Positions 9,014 to 19,489 are shown, counted from the stretch's first letter. The stretch is DNA of 64,000 nt from an uncultured candidate division Zixibacteria bacterium (GCA_963806185.1 CAWDXE010000007.1:978059-1042058), one strand, 5' to 3'. The notes: a model not told the origin generated them from the letters alone. Numbers and translations are program-made.

Positions 9014-11185
9014 TTACTTGATTGCAGTTACTTTGCTGATCAGCCAATTGTCACCGCTTCGCACGAGAACGAACTGAAATTTGACCGGCGAAGAGCGTGA
9101 ACCTTTGGTTTTCGGTCTGGCCGTACCGGCCAACTGAGCTGTGGCTTCGGCTCCCGAGATTTCGATGTCTGAGACTTTTCCCGACAATTCCATCCCGCCC
9201 GTAGTTGCAAACGAGTTGTTGTACGCGTCCCGGTCTTTGGATGAGATCGATGGCCAGACCGCCTTCAGCTGGTCGACGCTGGCATTTTGCAGGGCCTGTT
9301 GGAAGCGGGAGATGGTCTGCTTGATGACCTTTTCGTTATCGATTGAAGAGATGGCGACGTTGGACGGAGGGGCGGCCGGTGGCTGAAAGACGAAGATAAG
9401 GACGCACTCTTTGCCGCCGATCACTTTGACAGTGGAGTCCTGCTTCTGCTTGCCGTCGAGGCTGGTAACGGCAATCTGGTATGTCCCGGGCTCGACGGTG
9501 GCTGAATATGGTGTTTTTCCCTCGGCGGAAGTTGGTCCGGTAATCTGGACGTGGGCTCCGCTTGGACCGCTGGTGATCTTCAGCAATCCGCCGGCGACGG
9601 CAGGAACCATGAAGGAACGGCTGGTGGTGCGACCCTTCACGACAGTAAGCGATTCATTGAGCCACTGGCGCTGGTCGGGGCCATGCTGAATCCGGATTGC
9701 ATAGGTCCCTACCGGGAGTGACTCCTGCCAGGTGGTACCGTTATCGCGGCGGAGCTGATTATTGATGTAGATGTCACTCGGTTGATCAACAGTGAGGCTA
9801 AGCAGACCCTGTTCGACTACCGGCGAAGCTGATATTGCCGTATCGGGCGATTCGAGGACGATCGAACGAGTCTCGGAATACGGCCCCGGCTGATTGTCGG
9901 CATTCATCCCTACGACGCGCCAATAATATGTAGCTCCGGATTTGAGGTCAGAGATAGTGAGACGCCCCTGGCGAAGGCCAGAATATTTCTTGGAGTCTAC
10001 AAACGCACTTGATGAACTGATCTCGAGCGAATAGGTGCCCTGGTCGCCGATATCGCCGCGCCACGCAAACTCCACCGGCGCGGCCGAGCGGAAACGGCTC
10101 CCGTCTGAAGGTGAGACAAGCACGGGGGTCGAGGGAGGCGCCGCGGATTCAGGCGTTGCTTTCTGAACCGTTGTGGCGGTGGTTTCGGTGGGTGGCACAG
10201 TCTGCTGAGACGAGCCTGGTCCCTGCGGTGATTGTGCGGCGGAGGTTGGCTTGTGACCAAGGACCAGTGGATACAGGAGGTATCCGGCGACAGCCACGAC
10301 AATCACCCCTGCCACGGCGATGCCGATTTTCGAATACCCTCCGCCGAGATATACGGAATCAACCTCTTTCAGAGCGGCGGCCAGTTCGTCGACCGACGGA
10401 TATCTCTTCTTCGGATCGGGATGAGTCGCTCGCTTGAGGACGTTGCGCAAGCCGGGAGCGAGTTTTTTGCCGGCGCTGTCCTTCCATTCATCCACCAACG
10501 GGGCGGCAGGATTGCGATACGGGAAGCTGTTGGTGGCGAGGTTGAAGAGCGTGATGCCGAGTTCGTAGACGTCACTCAGATACGGGTTGTAATCCAGTCG
10601 CCCACCCTGCCGTTCGGGCGCGGCAAAATTCACTGACAGCGCCGCATAGCCAGTGCGTGTGCGCGAGGCGTCGGTTCCCTCTTTGGCGATGCCGAAGTCG
10701 ATCAGATAGACGTGACCGTTCTTATCAATCAGGATATTGCCGGGTTTGAGATCGCGGTGGGCCACGCCTTGTTTGTGGGCATAGGCGACGGCATCGGCAA
10801 CGTGACGCGCGACTTTCAGGAGGAGTTCGGATTCGAGCGGTCCCTTGTCATGCAGGATTTGGTCGGCGTTCCGGCCGTCGATGTACTGCATCACCAGGGC
10901 GTTTTCATCCGGAAAATAGTCCATCACCCGGGAGATGTTGGGGTGATCGAGGCGACAGAGAATCTGGGCTTCGCGATCGAAGCGTTCGCGGAAGGCCACT
11001 TCCTTGAAGAACTTAAGGACGAGCCTCTGCTGGGGGAGGTTGCTGTTGAAGCCTTCGTAGACCTCACCGAAACCACCGCCGCCGATATACGAGCGGACCT
11101 TGTATTTCCCGCCGATAGTCCAGCCGACTACACCAAGCGGATCAGGGCCGTGTTGTTCGAGATCGTCGCCGAAAGTGCTAATCAT
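9014..11185 (-). CDS. Transmembrane Ser/Thr protein kinase with extracytoplasmic FN3-like, PEGA and NTF2-like domains
   Basis: GGGGFGEVY, HRDLKPGN, DFG and APE kinase motifs, one TM helix, YYWRV (FN3-like), ITSGPSGAHV (PEGA-like). Confidence 0.92.
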   Translation of the reverse strand: MISTFGDDLEQHGPDPLGVVGWTIGGKYKVRSYIGGGGFGEVYEGFNSNLPQQRLVLKFFKEVAFRERFDREAQILCRLDHPNISRVMDYFPDENALVMQYIDGRNADQILHDKGPLESELLLKVARHVADAVAYAHKQGVAHRDLKPGNILIDKNGHVYLIDFGIAKEGTDASRTRTGYAALSVNFAAPERQGGRLDYNPYLSDVYELGITLFNLATNSFPYRNPAAPLVDEWKDSAGKKLAPGLRNVLKRATHPDPKKRYPSVDELAAALKEVDSVYLGGGYSKIGIAVAGVIVVAVAGYLLYPLVLGHKPTSAAQSPQGPGSSQQTVPPTETTATTVQKATPESAAPPSTPVLVSPSDGSRFRSAAPVEFAWRGDIGDQGTYSLEISSSSAFVDSKKYSGLRQGRLTISDLKSGATYYWRVVGMNADNQPGPYSETRSIVLESPDTAISASPVVEQGLLSLTVDQPSDIYINNQLRRDNGTTWQESLPVGTYAIRIQHGPDQRQWLNESLTVVKGRTTSRSFMVPAVAGGLLKITSGPSGAHVQITGPTSAEGKTPYSATVEPGTYQIAVTSLDGKQKQDSTVKVIGGKECVLIFVFQPPAAPPSNVAISSIDNEKVIKQTISRFQQALQNASVDQLKAVWPSISSKDRDAYNNSFATTGGMELSGKVSDIEISGAEATAQLAGTARPKTKGSRSSPVKFQFVLVRSGDNWLISKVTAIK

Positions 11186-11366
11186 GGTAACCCGGTGAAT
11201 ACATACGGGGCGACCCGACCGGGGCAGCGGGCACCGGCAGTCGCCGCATTTAATCGATTATATTGATCCAATTTATCGATCCAGTATAGAGGCTGCCTTA
11301 CGGCTTGTCAATGAACAGTTTCCGACAGTCCTTGACAAGTCCGACCGCAAGAGTCTACCTTGTCTC

Positions 11367-11819
11367 ATGCCCTGCTCCGATATAACCGAAGTTCTGCAGA
11401 TAGAGATCGACGCTGAGGATCGGCTGGTGACCTATTCGCTCCTGAAACAGACGTGCGGGGGGTCGCTGGGAAAAGAGTCCCTGCTGTTGAAGTGGGCCGG
11501 AAACCGATCGGTAGCGGAGATTCTCGAGACCGACTTTGATCGGTTCCGGGCGCTGTTTCCGACTGATGATCCGGTGGTGGAGTTTGTGCGCCTGAAGCAC
11601 TTCGTCGCCCTGCAGAAAGGGCTCGCGGCGTTACTCGGCACCCAGTCGGCTCAGCCGACCGACGCTTGCGCGGTCGACACGATCACCTATCTCCCTGACG
11701 GCGGGGTGCGCATGCTGGCGGAACTCAAAGTTGATGTATTGACTGACGAAATAAAAGCCTGTGGCGGCTGCGGAAGCTGCGCCACAGGCTCAATCCCTAC
11801 CAAACGACAGTGCCGGTAA
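11367..11819 (+). CDS. Hypothetical protein with a C-terminal CxxCxxC motif
   Basis: 150-aa ORF filling the gap between flanking genes; ends ACGGCGSC. Confidence 0.65.
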   Translation: MPCSDITEVLQIEIDAEDRLVTYSLLKQTCGGSLGKESLLLKWAGNRSVAEILETDFDRFRALFPTDDPVVEFVRLKHFVALQKGLAALLGTQSAQPTDACAVDTITYLPDGGVRMLAELKVDVLTDEIKACGGCGSCATGSIPTKRQCR

Positions 11820-11855
11820 TTCAGGCGGCTTCTGTCGTATCTTCCTTCTCCCTCA

Positions 11856-14316
11856 TCATTGCGGACAGGCCGGCGGCGGCGCGAAGGTCACGAAGAGGGT
11901 CGAGATCATTTGCGTCAGGTCGCCAATATCAATACCGGGCGTGCCGCTGAACTCCGCCTCATTGGCACAACAGAGCGGCGTGAAGGTGATGAACAGGTTG
12001 TTGATCAGCGCCGTCAAATCGCCGATGTCAACTGTCCCCTGTGCGTCGCAATCCACGTTGCCAACGGTCCCGACGCAGCAGCAGGCGTCGCCGATGCCAT
12101 CTTGATTGGCGTCTTCCTGCAAAGGATTGAAGAAGATCGGGCAATTGTCCAGGAGGCCGCAGATGCCGTCGTTGTCAGCGTCATTGGTCGGATCCTGCGG
12201 GCAGGCGTCGCAGACGTCACCGATGCCGTCACTGTCGGCATCCGCCTGACCCGGATTGAACACCGCGGGACAGTTGTCAGTGGGACAGGTGTTTTCCGGA
12301 TGGCCGGGATCGCCGAAACCGTCAATGTCGGTGTCGACGCAGGCAAATTGGCCGGCGACAACGGTCATGTCCGGCTGTGAGAAGCGGCTCCACTGCCCCT
12401 GCGCATCCTGACCACGGACGCGATAGTAGAACGTCCCGTTGATATGATTCGTGAAGCTATAGGTAGTGTCGGTGAGCGTGGAAGAGACCACCGTCTTGAG
12501 ACCGAACTTCTGGACCGGTGAGATGTCGTCGAAATAAACCCCCTCTTCGTAGAGAGCCTGGTCAGTGTACATCGACAGTCGGACGTACACGTCCTGTCCG
12601 ACATAGGCGCCGAGGGAGAACTTGGCCAGCACACCCGATGAACTTCCGGTGAAACCGAAGCCGCGATTGTTGCCGTTCGGATTGGACAGGCTGGAGATAT
12701 TTCCCCTTATGGGCGTGAACGTCACACCGTCAGTTGAAATCTCGACATACGCGTAGTCCCAGTCGGACTCGAGGCCATATGCTGTCCAGAGTCTGAGTGA
12801 GTCGCCCGAAACGACGTGATATGGAAAATCGGAATCAATAAAGCGGGTCAGATTGTTGCCGGTGCCGGTAAAGAAGCTGTTGGGGAGGGATTGACGACGA
12901 ACGGTTGACAGCGTCATGCCGGTTGAGGTCCAGTTGTTGAAGTTGTTGGCAGAGTCTGCACCCAACGAGCGGCTGCCGTATTCCGTCAATTCATACGCGA
13001 TGGCCGGGTTGAGCGTGTCGTGCAACGACCAGGCCACCGGGAAGCTCGCACCATCGACGGAATCAGCGACGGCTACGGTCGGTTGTGCGGGTGCGCGCAG
13101 CTCATACGGGTTGCCGGCGACTCTGGTCAGAAATAAGGCAGGGCTGAAGATTTTCGGAAACGAGTTGCGCTTTGCGCGAGAGTGCGGGCCAGAAACCATC
13201 GCCGTCACTTCCAACCTCAATCGTCATGGCAAAGACCTTGTTCTTGGTTGTCTGTTCGCCGTACTCCCAGTCATCGCTGTCGCCATTGGTGACGTACAGT
13301 CCCCAGCCGGGAATAGGCGTATAGCCGTTAAACGCGGCGCAGGAATCGGCCATTTGCGAGAAGATGTCATTGTCGGGCGTCAGAAGCTGATCGTACCCCC
13401 AGGGATACAGGACAAGGTTGGAGTAGGAGTGGAAATTCATCGCGACACTAAAATTGTGTGCGGTCATGAAATCGCGAACGTGTTGTGTCTCCGGTTCGGA
13501 GAAAGCCGCCGTTCCCCGATATGTTTCGTTCGCGGGTGTCGGTGAGGAGCCGGCGTTGTCCCAGCCCCAGTGGTATCCGAAATTGCGATTGAGATCGACG
13601 CCATAGCTGAGATCAGCGTTTTCGCGGCGATTCTTTCGCCACATGCCAAGGCCGGTTGGCGCAATGACTTGGTTATAGTAGTAGCCGTCGGGATTGACAT
13701 TGAGGAGAAACCAGATTTCGCGGCTATTGACCAGATTGGTGATATCAGCGTCCACACCGTAGTTGGTCAACAGGTGATCCATGAAGTAAAAGAGCACTTC
13801 GGGGGTGATCACTTCCCGGGCATGAATGGCAGCCGTAAAGAATATCTCCGGTTCGTCCTCATCGACATTCGGATTGTCGGACAATTTGACCACCCACATC
13901 GGCCGCCCCTCGATCGTGTTGCCAATCGATTGCTTGGCGGAGAGAAGCGTTGGATTAGCCGCAATCAGCGAGTCGAGTCGGGCATTGATTTCGGCCAGTG
14001 TTTTCCATCCCCCCATGTCGAGTGTCCCAGGGGTGCGGGCCAGCCTGGGGCGATAGTGGGCCTCAACGCTGGGATAAACGATTTCGGTCCGATACCCGGC
14101 GGCTGTAAGGCCGGCCAGTTCGGAACTGTCAGCGAATAATTCGAAATAGGTGTCGGCCGATTTGATGACGTCGAGCGGCATCTGGCGCAATTCGAAAAAT
14201 TGCGTCTTGGTGTCAAAGAAGACCTTTGCCTGGATGTCTCTCTGATTCGCGGCGATCGCCGGTACGGCACAAACAAGCAGAAGGAGAGCGCAAGCGCAGA
14301 AACGGACCTGATGCAT
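11856..14316 (-). CDS. Secreted M14 zinc carboxypeptidase (carboxypeptidase T-like) with jelly-roll, TSP type-3 repeats and dockerin-like C-terminus; one frameshift near 13135
   Basis: HARE, WRKNR, GVDLNRN and FHSY motifs. DNCP...NPGQADADSDGIGDVCD repeats. The two ORFs join as ENLQPCL-FLTRVAGNPY if one base is removed. Confidence 0.9.
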
Positions 14317-14470
14317 AATTCCTCACCGTGACTGTAGGACCCAAAGTGTGTATAGAATCGAATATACACGGCGATGCCGTTTTTGCCGCAAACATTCTTG
14401 CCCCGATTAACGAACAAGGCCCTCGACGGAGGGCCTTGACGTTAAGAGGTCACGATGGAAAAAGTGGGAA

Positions 14471-14734
14471 TCACGCCGGGCTGGTGCCCGCAGAATCTGC
14501 GTCACGGACGATCTGATCGTTGACGGAATTTCCAGTGATGATCCCTGCGCTCTTTCGTCCAGCCTTACTGGCGCGTTCCGGATCGCGGGCGAAATTGCCG
14601 CCAGACGCTTCACCGCCTTTTCGGCCAATTTCAGCCATATGTCGACGGTCACGACTGACAGTCTCGCCGCCCTTTTTCCCGGCACGAGCGTGGCCAACCG
14701 AATCGCCGTGCCAACCTCTGCCTTGACCTGCCAT
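14471..14734 (-). CDS. KGG-repeat general stress protein (YciG/Con-10-like)
   Basis: AGKKGG, IGRKGGEASGGNFARDPERASKAGRK. AAGGAG RBS before the ATG at 14734. Confidence 0.85.
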   Translation of the reverse strand: MAGQGRGWHGDSVGHARAGKKGGETVSRDRRHMAEIGRKGGEASGGNFARDPERASKAGRKSAGIITGNSVNDQIVRDADSAGTSPA

Positions 14735-14959
14735 ATGATGAGTCTCCTTTCTGTCAAAAACGTTCCCCCTCACGATCCCACCCGATGTGAGCATATGTGC
14801 GCGTCGCAAACATCGCAGAAAGACGAGCGGAGAGGTATTTGTTCAACACTTTCACCACGAGAGAGCCAGAAAGTTCCTGACGAGCCTACGGAACTGGGAG
14901 CAGAGCGCCGGGAAAATACGGAGAGAGGACTGTAACTGAAAGGGGGGCTTTAGAATAAA

Positions 14960-15032
14960 AGCCGCAGAGCGGATTCGAACCGCTGACCTGCTGATTACGA
15001 ATCAGCTGCTCTACCAGCTGAGCTACTGCGGC
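14960..15032 (-). tRNA. tRNA-Thr(CGT)
   Basis: Reverse complement GCCGCAGTAGCTCAGCTGGTAGAGCAGCTGATTCGTAATCAGCAGGTCAGCGGTTCGAATCCGCTCTGCGGCT folds as a cloverleaf with anticodon CGT. CCA is not encoded. Confidence 0.96.
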
Positions 15033-15178
15033 TTAACACCTATACGATTGGCAATGACCGCCTTAGGAGCGGCTTACTGACCGGAAACACTCAAATTGCG
15101 CATGTTCACCGTCAGTGCGCCCAAATGTAGGGAAATCGAAAGTATTGTCAACTTGATTGTTGGCGATTGCAGAATCAG

Positions 15179-15793
15179 TCAGGACAATCGACGCAAGAGG
15201 CCGACGACCTTTCCGGCAATGCGGAATTCGCCGGACCGTTTGTTGACAACAATAGGACGGAAATCGTCGTTTTCCGGCTGGAGGCGAACCTGAGTGCCCT
15301 CGGGGAAATATCGTTTGACGGTTGCTTCGCCGTTGACGATGGCGACGACTATATCGCCGCGCTGAGCAACCTCCTGTTTGCTTACCACGACCAGATCGCC
15401 ATCAAGAATGCCGGCGTTTCGCATCGAGTCGCCTTTGACGCGCAATGAGAAGGTCTGTCCGCGCGGGAGAAAACTCAGATCGAGGGCAATATCTCCCTCG
15501 ATGTTTTCCGGTGAGTCGATCGGCGTACCGGCGGGGACCGAGCCAACCAGGGGCACTCGTTTAATCCCTTCAGAAAGCGACCGGGTCAGTTCAAGACCGC
15601 GCGAAATGAACTCGGCCTTCTTGAGATACCCCTTTCGAATCAGGGCGTCGATATGAGTGCGTACACCGTTGGTGGAGGTGATGCCAAAAAAGGCTCCGAT
15701 CTCGCGAATGGTAGGCGGCTGGCTACGGCCAACAATCTGCTTTTCTATGTATTCCAGAATGGAGCGTTGCTTCTTGGTCAACTCCGGTTTCAC
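15179..15793 (-). CDS. lexA: SOS repressor LexA
   Basis: LTKKQ...PPTIREI wHTH, VPAG cleavage site, GDSM catalytic Ser, ATVKR catalytic Lys. Confidence 0.96.
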   Translation of the reverse strand: MKPELTKKQRSILEYIEKQIVGRSQPPTIREIGAFFGITSTNGVRTHIDALIRKGYLKKAEFISRGLELTRSLSEGIKRVPLVGSVPAGTPIDSPENIEGDIALDLSFLPRGQTFSLRVKGDSMRNAGILDGDLVVVSKQEVAQRGDIVVAIVNGEATVKRYFPEGTQVRLQPENDDFRPIVVNKRSGEFRIAGKVVGLLRRLS

Positions 15794-15829
15794 GCCTACT
15801 CCCTTGGCTAATTCAGGATCTCTGGGTCC

Positions 15830-15858
15830 AGACTACTGCCCAGATGAGCAGATGTCAA
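15830..15858 (-). promoter_or_regulatory. lexA sigma70 promoter with a putative LexA operator (15834-15853) in the spacer
   Basis: Minus strand reads TTGACA-17 bp-TAGTCT. The imperfect palindrome TACTGCCCAGATGAGCAGAT covers the spacer. Confidence 0.8.
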
Positions 15859-15959
15859 ACATAAATGTACCGAGGGAACCGTAGGATATGCTAAATGTGA
15901 TACAGAAAAGCGGGCCCGCTTGTGGCAGGCCCGCGAGGGAGAATCATCGGCAGGGCAAA

Positions 15960-18044
15960 TCAGGAAGCGAGAGCTTCCTGCATGGCCTTGGCCTCGGCAA
16001 TAACCTTCTGGGCGGTTTCGGACGGTACGTCTTCGTAATGCGAGAAGGACATGGAGTAGACCCCCTGCCCCTGGGTCATAGAACGAAGGTCGACCGAGTA
16101 TTTGTACAATTCCGCCTGCGGCACTTGTGCCCGAATGCGCTGCGAACCGCTGTCTTCTTCCATGCCGGAGATCTTTCCCCGGCGTGAGGAGAGGTCACCC
16201 ATGACATCGCCCGTGTAATCGGCGGGGACGACAATTTCTATATTGAAGATCGGTTCGAGCAGGACTGGACGGCACTCAAGGAATCCCTCTTTGAAAGCCA
16301 TAAGGCCGGCAATCTTGAAGGCCATATCGGAGGAGTCGACGTCGTGATATGATCCGAAATAGAGAGCTACTCTGACGTCGACCACAGGCGCACCCGCCAG
16401 CCCGCCGGCCTGCATTTGTTCGACCACGCCCTTTTCGACCGCCGGGATATACTTGATCGGTATGACGCCGCCCGTGATTTCGTTAACGAATTCGAAGCCG
16501 CCACCGCGAACGTTTGGCTCAATGCGGATGTACACGTCGCCGTATTGCCCGCGACCGCCCGATTGTTTCTTGTGCTTGTACTGCTTCTCCGTCTTGCCGC
16601 GAACCGTTTCGCGATATGGGATGCGGGGTTTGATCGCCTCAACTTCGACACCGAAACGATGCTTGAGCTTATCCAAAAGGACTTCGATGTGAGTCGAGCC
16701 TTGACCCCAGAGCACGAGTTGTTTAAGAGCAGCATCCTGCACCAGCTTGAAGGATTTGTCTTCTTCTTCCAGCTTGTGCAGACCCGTGGCGATTTTGTCC
16801 TCTTCCCCTTTCGTCTTTGGCTTCAGAGCTACGTCCATCACCGGATTGGGGAGTACTGTCGGCGGGAGAGCGACGGAAAGATCTTTCTCAGTGAAGGTGT
16901 TGCCGGTGTGAGCGTCTTTCATTTTCACCAGGATTCCGAGATCGCCGGCTTCGGCCCCATTGAGTTCGATGCGGTTCTTGCCCTGCATCGTATATATCTG
17001 GGCAATCCTGGTACTCTGACCAGTACTCTGATTAACGAGTTCAATGCCGCCTTTGATGGTACCGGAGATAGCGCGGAAGACAGACATTTCTCCCAAATGG
17101 CCTTCGACGACGGTCTTGAAGATATACGCGACGGCTTTGCCGTTGGGATCGTAGGCGATCTCGACCGGCTGATCAGTGCCGGTTCTGAAGGCCTTTTCCT
17201 TTCGCATCATGTTGGCGGGAACCAGGAATTCGGCAAGGAAGTCGAGCAGGATGCGCGTACCCATATTGCGACTAGCCGACCCGAAGAACACCGGGAAGAG
17301 CGTTCCCTTCGCGATTCCTTTGCCCAGGCCCTTGCGCATGTCGTCGTCAGAGAGGGTGCCGTCGGCGAAGAATTTTTCCAGCAGAGCGTCATCACTTTCG
17401 GCGGCAACTTCGAGCAGCGATTCACGCTCGCTGGCGGCCAGCGATTTGAGATCGGCGGGGATTTCGATTTCCTTTTGTGAGTCACCTTCGAAGGTGTACG
17501 CTTTCATATGGAGGAGGTCGATGAGTCCCTTAAACGATTCGGCCTCACCAATCGGCAGCACCACAGCGACGGCCGACTTACCGAAGGCGCTGCGGATGGA
17601 GTCCAGGTTCTGGCGCCACTTGACGTTTTCTTTTTCGAGCTTATTGACGAATATGAAACGGGCCCAGCCCTCTTTGGGGAAAGCGCGCCACTGAAGGCGA
17701 GTGCCGATTTCGACCCCTGAGGTTGCGTCGATCACGACGCCAATAGCATCGACGACGCGGGCCGCCGAAAGCAATTCACCCACGAAATCGGGGTGGCCAG
17801 GACAGTCGATCAGGTTGATTTTGAGGTCTTTCCACTGGGTCGCAAGCAACTTGGAAGAGATGGTGGTCTTCCGGGCAAGTTCGGCGTCGTAGTAGTCGAA
17901 CATCGAGGATCCGTCGTCAACCCGGCCAATACGGTTATTGACGCCGGTCGTGAATGCAATTGCATCGGCTAGACTCGTCTTTCCGCAACCCCTTTGGCCG
18001 GCCAGACACAGGGTGCGAATCTTATCGGTTGTATACTCTTTCAC
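15960..18044 (-). CDS. fusA: Elongation factor G-like protein (EF-G2 type, outside the str operon)
   Basis: GCGKTSL, DCPGHPDF, NKLE, KKQSGGRGQYG, GSYHDVDSS and LRSMTQGQG motifs. Confidence 0.92.
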   Translation of the reverse strand: MKEYTTDKIRTLCLAGQRGCGKTSLADAIAFTTGVNNRIGRVDDGSSMFDYYDAELARKTTISSKLLATQWKDLKINLIDCPGHPDFVGELLSAARVVDAIGVVIDATSGVEIGTRLQWRAFPKEGWARFIFVNKLEKENVKWRQNLDSIRSAFGKSAVAVVLPIGEAESFKGLIDLLHMKAYTFEGDSQKEIEIPADLKSLAASERESLLEVAAESDDALLEKFFADGTLSDDDMRKGLGKGIAKGTLFPVFFGSASRNMGTRILLDFLAEFLVPANMMRKEKAFRTGTDQPVEIAYDPNGKAVAYIFKTVVEGHLGEMSVFRAISGTIKGGIELVNQSTGQSTRIAQIYTMQGKNRIELNGAEAGDLGILVKMKDAHTGNTFTEKDLSVALPPTVLPNPVMDVALKPKTKGEEDKIATGLHKLEEEDKSFKLVQDAALKQLVLWGQGSTHIEVLLDKLKHRFGVEVEAIKPRIPYRETVRGKTEKQYKHKKQSGGRGQYGDVYIRIEPNVRGGGFEFVNEITGGVIPIKYIPAVEKGVVEQMQAGGLAGAPVVDVRVALYFGSYHDVDSSDMAFKIAGLMAFKEGFLECRPVLLEPIFNIEIVVPADYTGDVMGDLSSRRGKISGMEEDSGSQRIRAQVPQAELYKYSVDLRSMTQGQGVYSMSFSHYEDVPSETAQKVIAEAKAMQEALAS

Positions 18045-18183
18045 CGTTCTCCTCCAACCTTGCGCTCGAGCGCCTCAAAAAAACGTCAGAATTCGTTCGT
18101 GCGGGGCCATTTCATAAAGACAACTATTATATAGCACTCGGCGCTGCTTGTCAAGAAGACCGGTAAGTCCGCGTTAGACAAAG

Positions 18184-18213
18184 AAAAGGCCCGGCGCCCA
18201 AGCGCCGGACCTT
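18184..18213 (-). terminator. Intrinsic terminator after the YceI gene
   Basis: GGCCCGGCGC/GCGCCGGACC stem with an A-run on its left (U-tract on the minus strand). Confidence 0.65.
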
Positions 18214-18235
18214 CGAATCATCTGAGTAACACTTT

Positions 18236-18826
18236 TTAAGCCTTAGGTTTGATAGCCTCGATTTCAAGGGAAATCTCAACATCGTTGCCGGCCACCAAGC
18301 CGCCATTATCCAGCGCCTTACTCCAGCTCACACCGTAATCCTGGCGGTTGATCTTGGTCCTGGCCGAGAAGCCAGCGTGGGTATTCCCCTTGGCGTCGAC
18401 GACCGTTCCCCCAAACTCGCATTCGAAGGTCACTTCTTTGGTGACTCCTTTGAGCGTCAGATCGCCGACCAGGGTGAACGCATTTCCGTCGCCGGGGACA
18501 ACTTTCCTGGAGACAAATTCGATGGTGGGGAATTTGGCCACATCGAAGAACTGTTCGCCCTTCAGGTCCTGGTCACGGTACGTGTTGCTGGTATTCACCG
18601 AACCGGCCTGGATGGTGAATTTCACCGAGCCTGCTTTCAGGTCTTTGCCATCCCAGGTAAGGGTTCCGGCGAATTCGTCAAATTTGCCGTTGACCTTGGC
18701 CACAACCATGTGGCGGATGCTGAAGTCGACTGAAGAATGTGCGCCGTCGACTGTCCATTCGTCAGCCTTGGCGGCAGAAACAGTCAATATCAGCGCGAGA
18801 GTCAGTAATGAAAGGCGTTTGAGCAT
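18236..18826 (-). CDS. YceI-family periplasmic protein
   Basis: Signal peptide, HSSVDFSIRH, RDQDLK...FFD and GDLTLKGVTK. GGAGGAG RBS before the ATG at 18826. Confidence 0.93.
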   Translation of the reverse strand: MLKRLSLLTLALILTVSAAKADEWTVDGAHSSVDFSIRHMVVAKVNGKFDEFAGTLTWDGKDLKAGSVKFTIQAGSVNTSNTYRDQDLKGEQFFDVAKFPTIEFVSRKVVPGDGNAFTLVGDLTLKGVTKEVTFECEFGGTVVDAKGNTHAGFSARTKINRQDYGVSWSKALDNGGLVAGNDVEISLEIEAIKPKA

Positions 18827-18951
18827 AACAACTCCTCCGATAATCGCAGACAATTGCACAGTGATTTAGTGAGTCAAACCAGTGCCCATTGTAACCGGCG
18901 GGCAGTTCCCTGGTTCCAAGAATGGGCCATTTTGCCGGCCGTTCACAGGGG

Positions 18952-19332
18952 TCAGCGGCGGAACAAGACGAGCAGTGCGCCTGTCACGTAGGCCAGCACC
19001 CACCAGATATAGGCAAAACGGGAGTACAGATGGAGTGCCCGCGAGACTTGTTCGGCGCCGCGCCGGCGGCGATGCCACCAGATCAGCGCTGTGTCCAACG
19101 TCATAGCTGTAAGAGAAGAATAGCCGAGGATTCCGTGCAGCGTAAAGGGAGAACTCGTGGAGCCAATGATCATGCAGGTGGTGGCAATGAAATCGAGTGT
19201 GACGCCGAGGGAGAGAAATTGAAGCACACGGTTGGAGACAAGGTGGGATCGTTGTTCCAGGGCGATGCCGATCGTATAACTTGCCAGGGCGAGATTCACG
19301 ATGACGGTTCCGGTGACCAGAATTGGAGTCAT
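18952..19332 (-). CDS. Small four-TM membrane protein (HsmA/TIGR03987-like)
   Basis: ALASYTIG, GVTLDFIATTCM, LHGILG and LHLYS...WVLAY pattern. Confidence 0.7.
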   Translation of the reverse strand: MTPILVTGTVIVNLALASYTIGIALEQRSHLVSNRVLQFLSLGVTLDFIATTCMIIGSTSSPFTLHGILGYSSLTAMTLDTALIWWHRRRRGAEQVSRALHLYSRFAYIWWVLAYVTGALLVLFRR

Positions 19333-19489
19333 AATTTAGTGGACGCTCCCGATTATTGACGACCAGGCGGAAATTTTGGACGCCAAGGTACTTTTTTTCC
19401 GCCTGGAGGCAAGCAATTTCCGGTTAATATTGTGGACCCATACATAGATTTTATTTGACACAGCCATAGAAACTACTATGTTTTTAGTG

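Noticed and set aside
14960..15032. tRNA-Thr as an integration site for an island
   Set aside because: No integrase nearby, and no duplicated tRNA 3' end was seen in the window.
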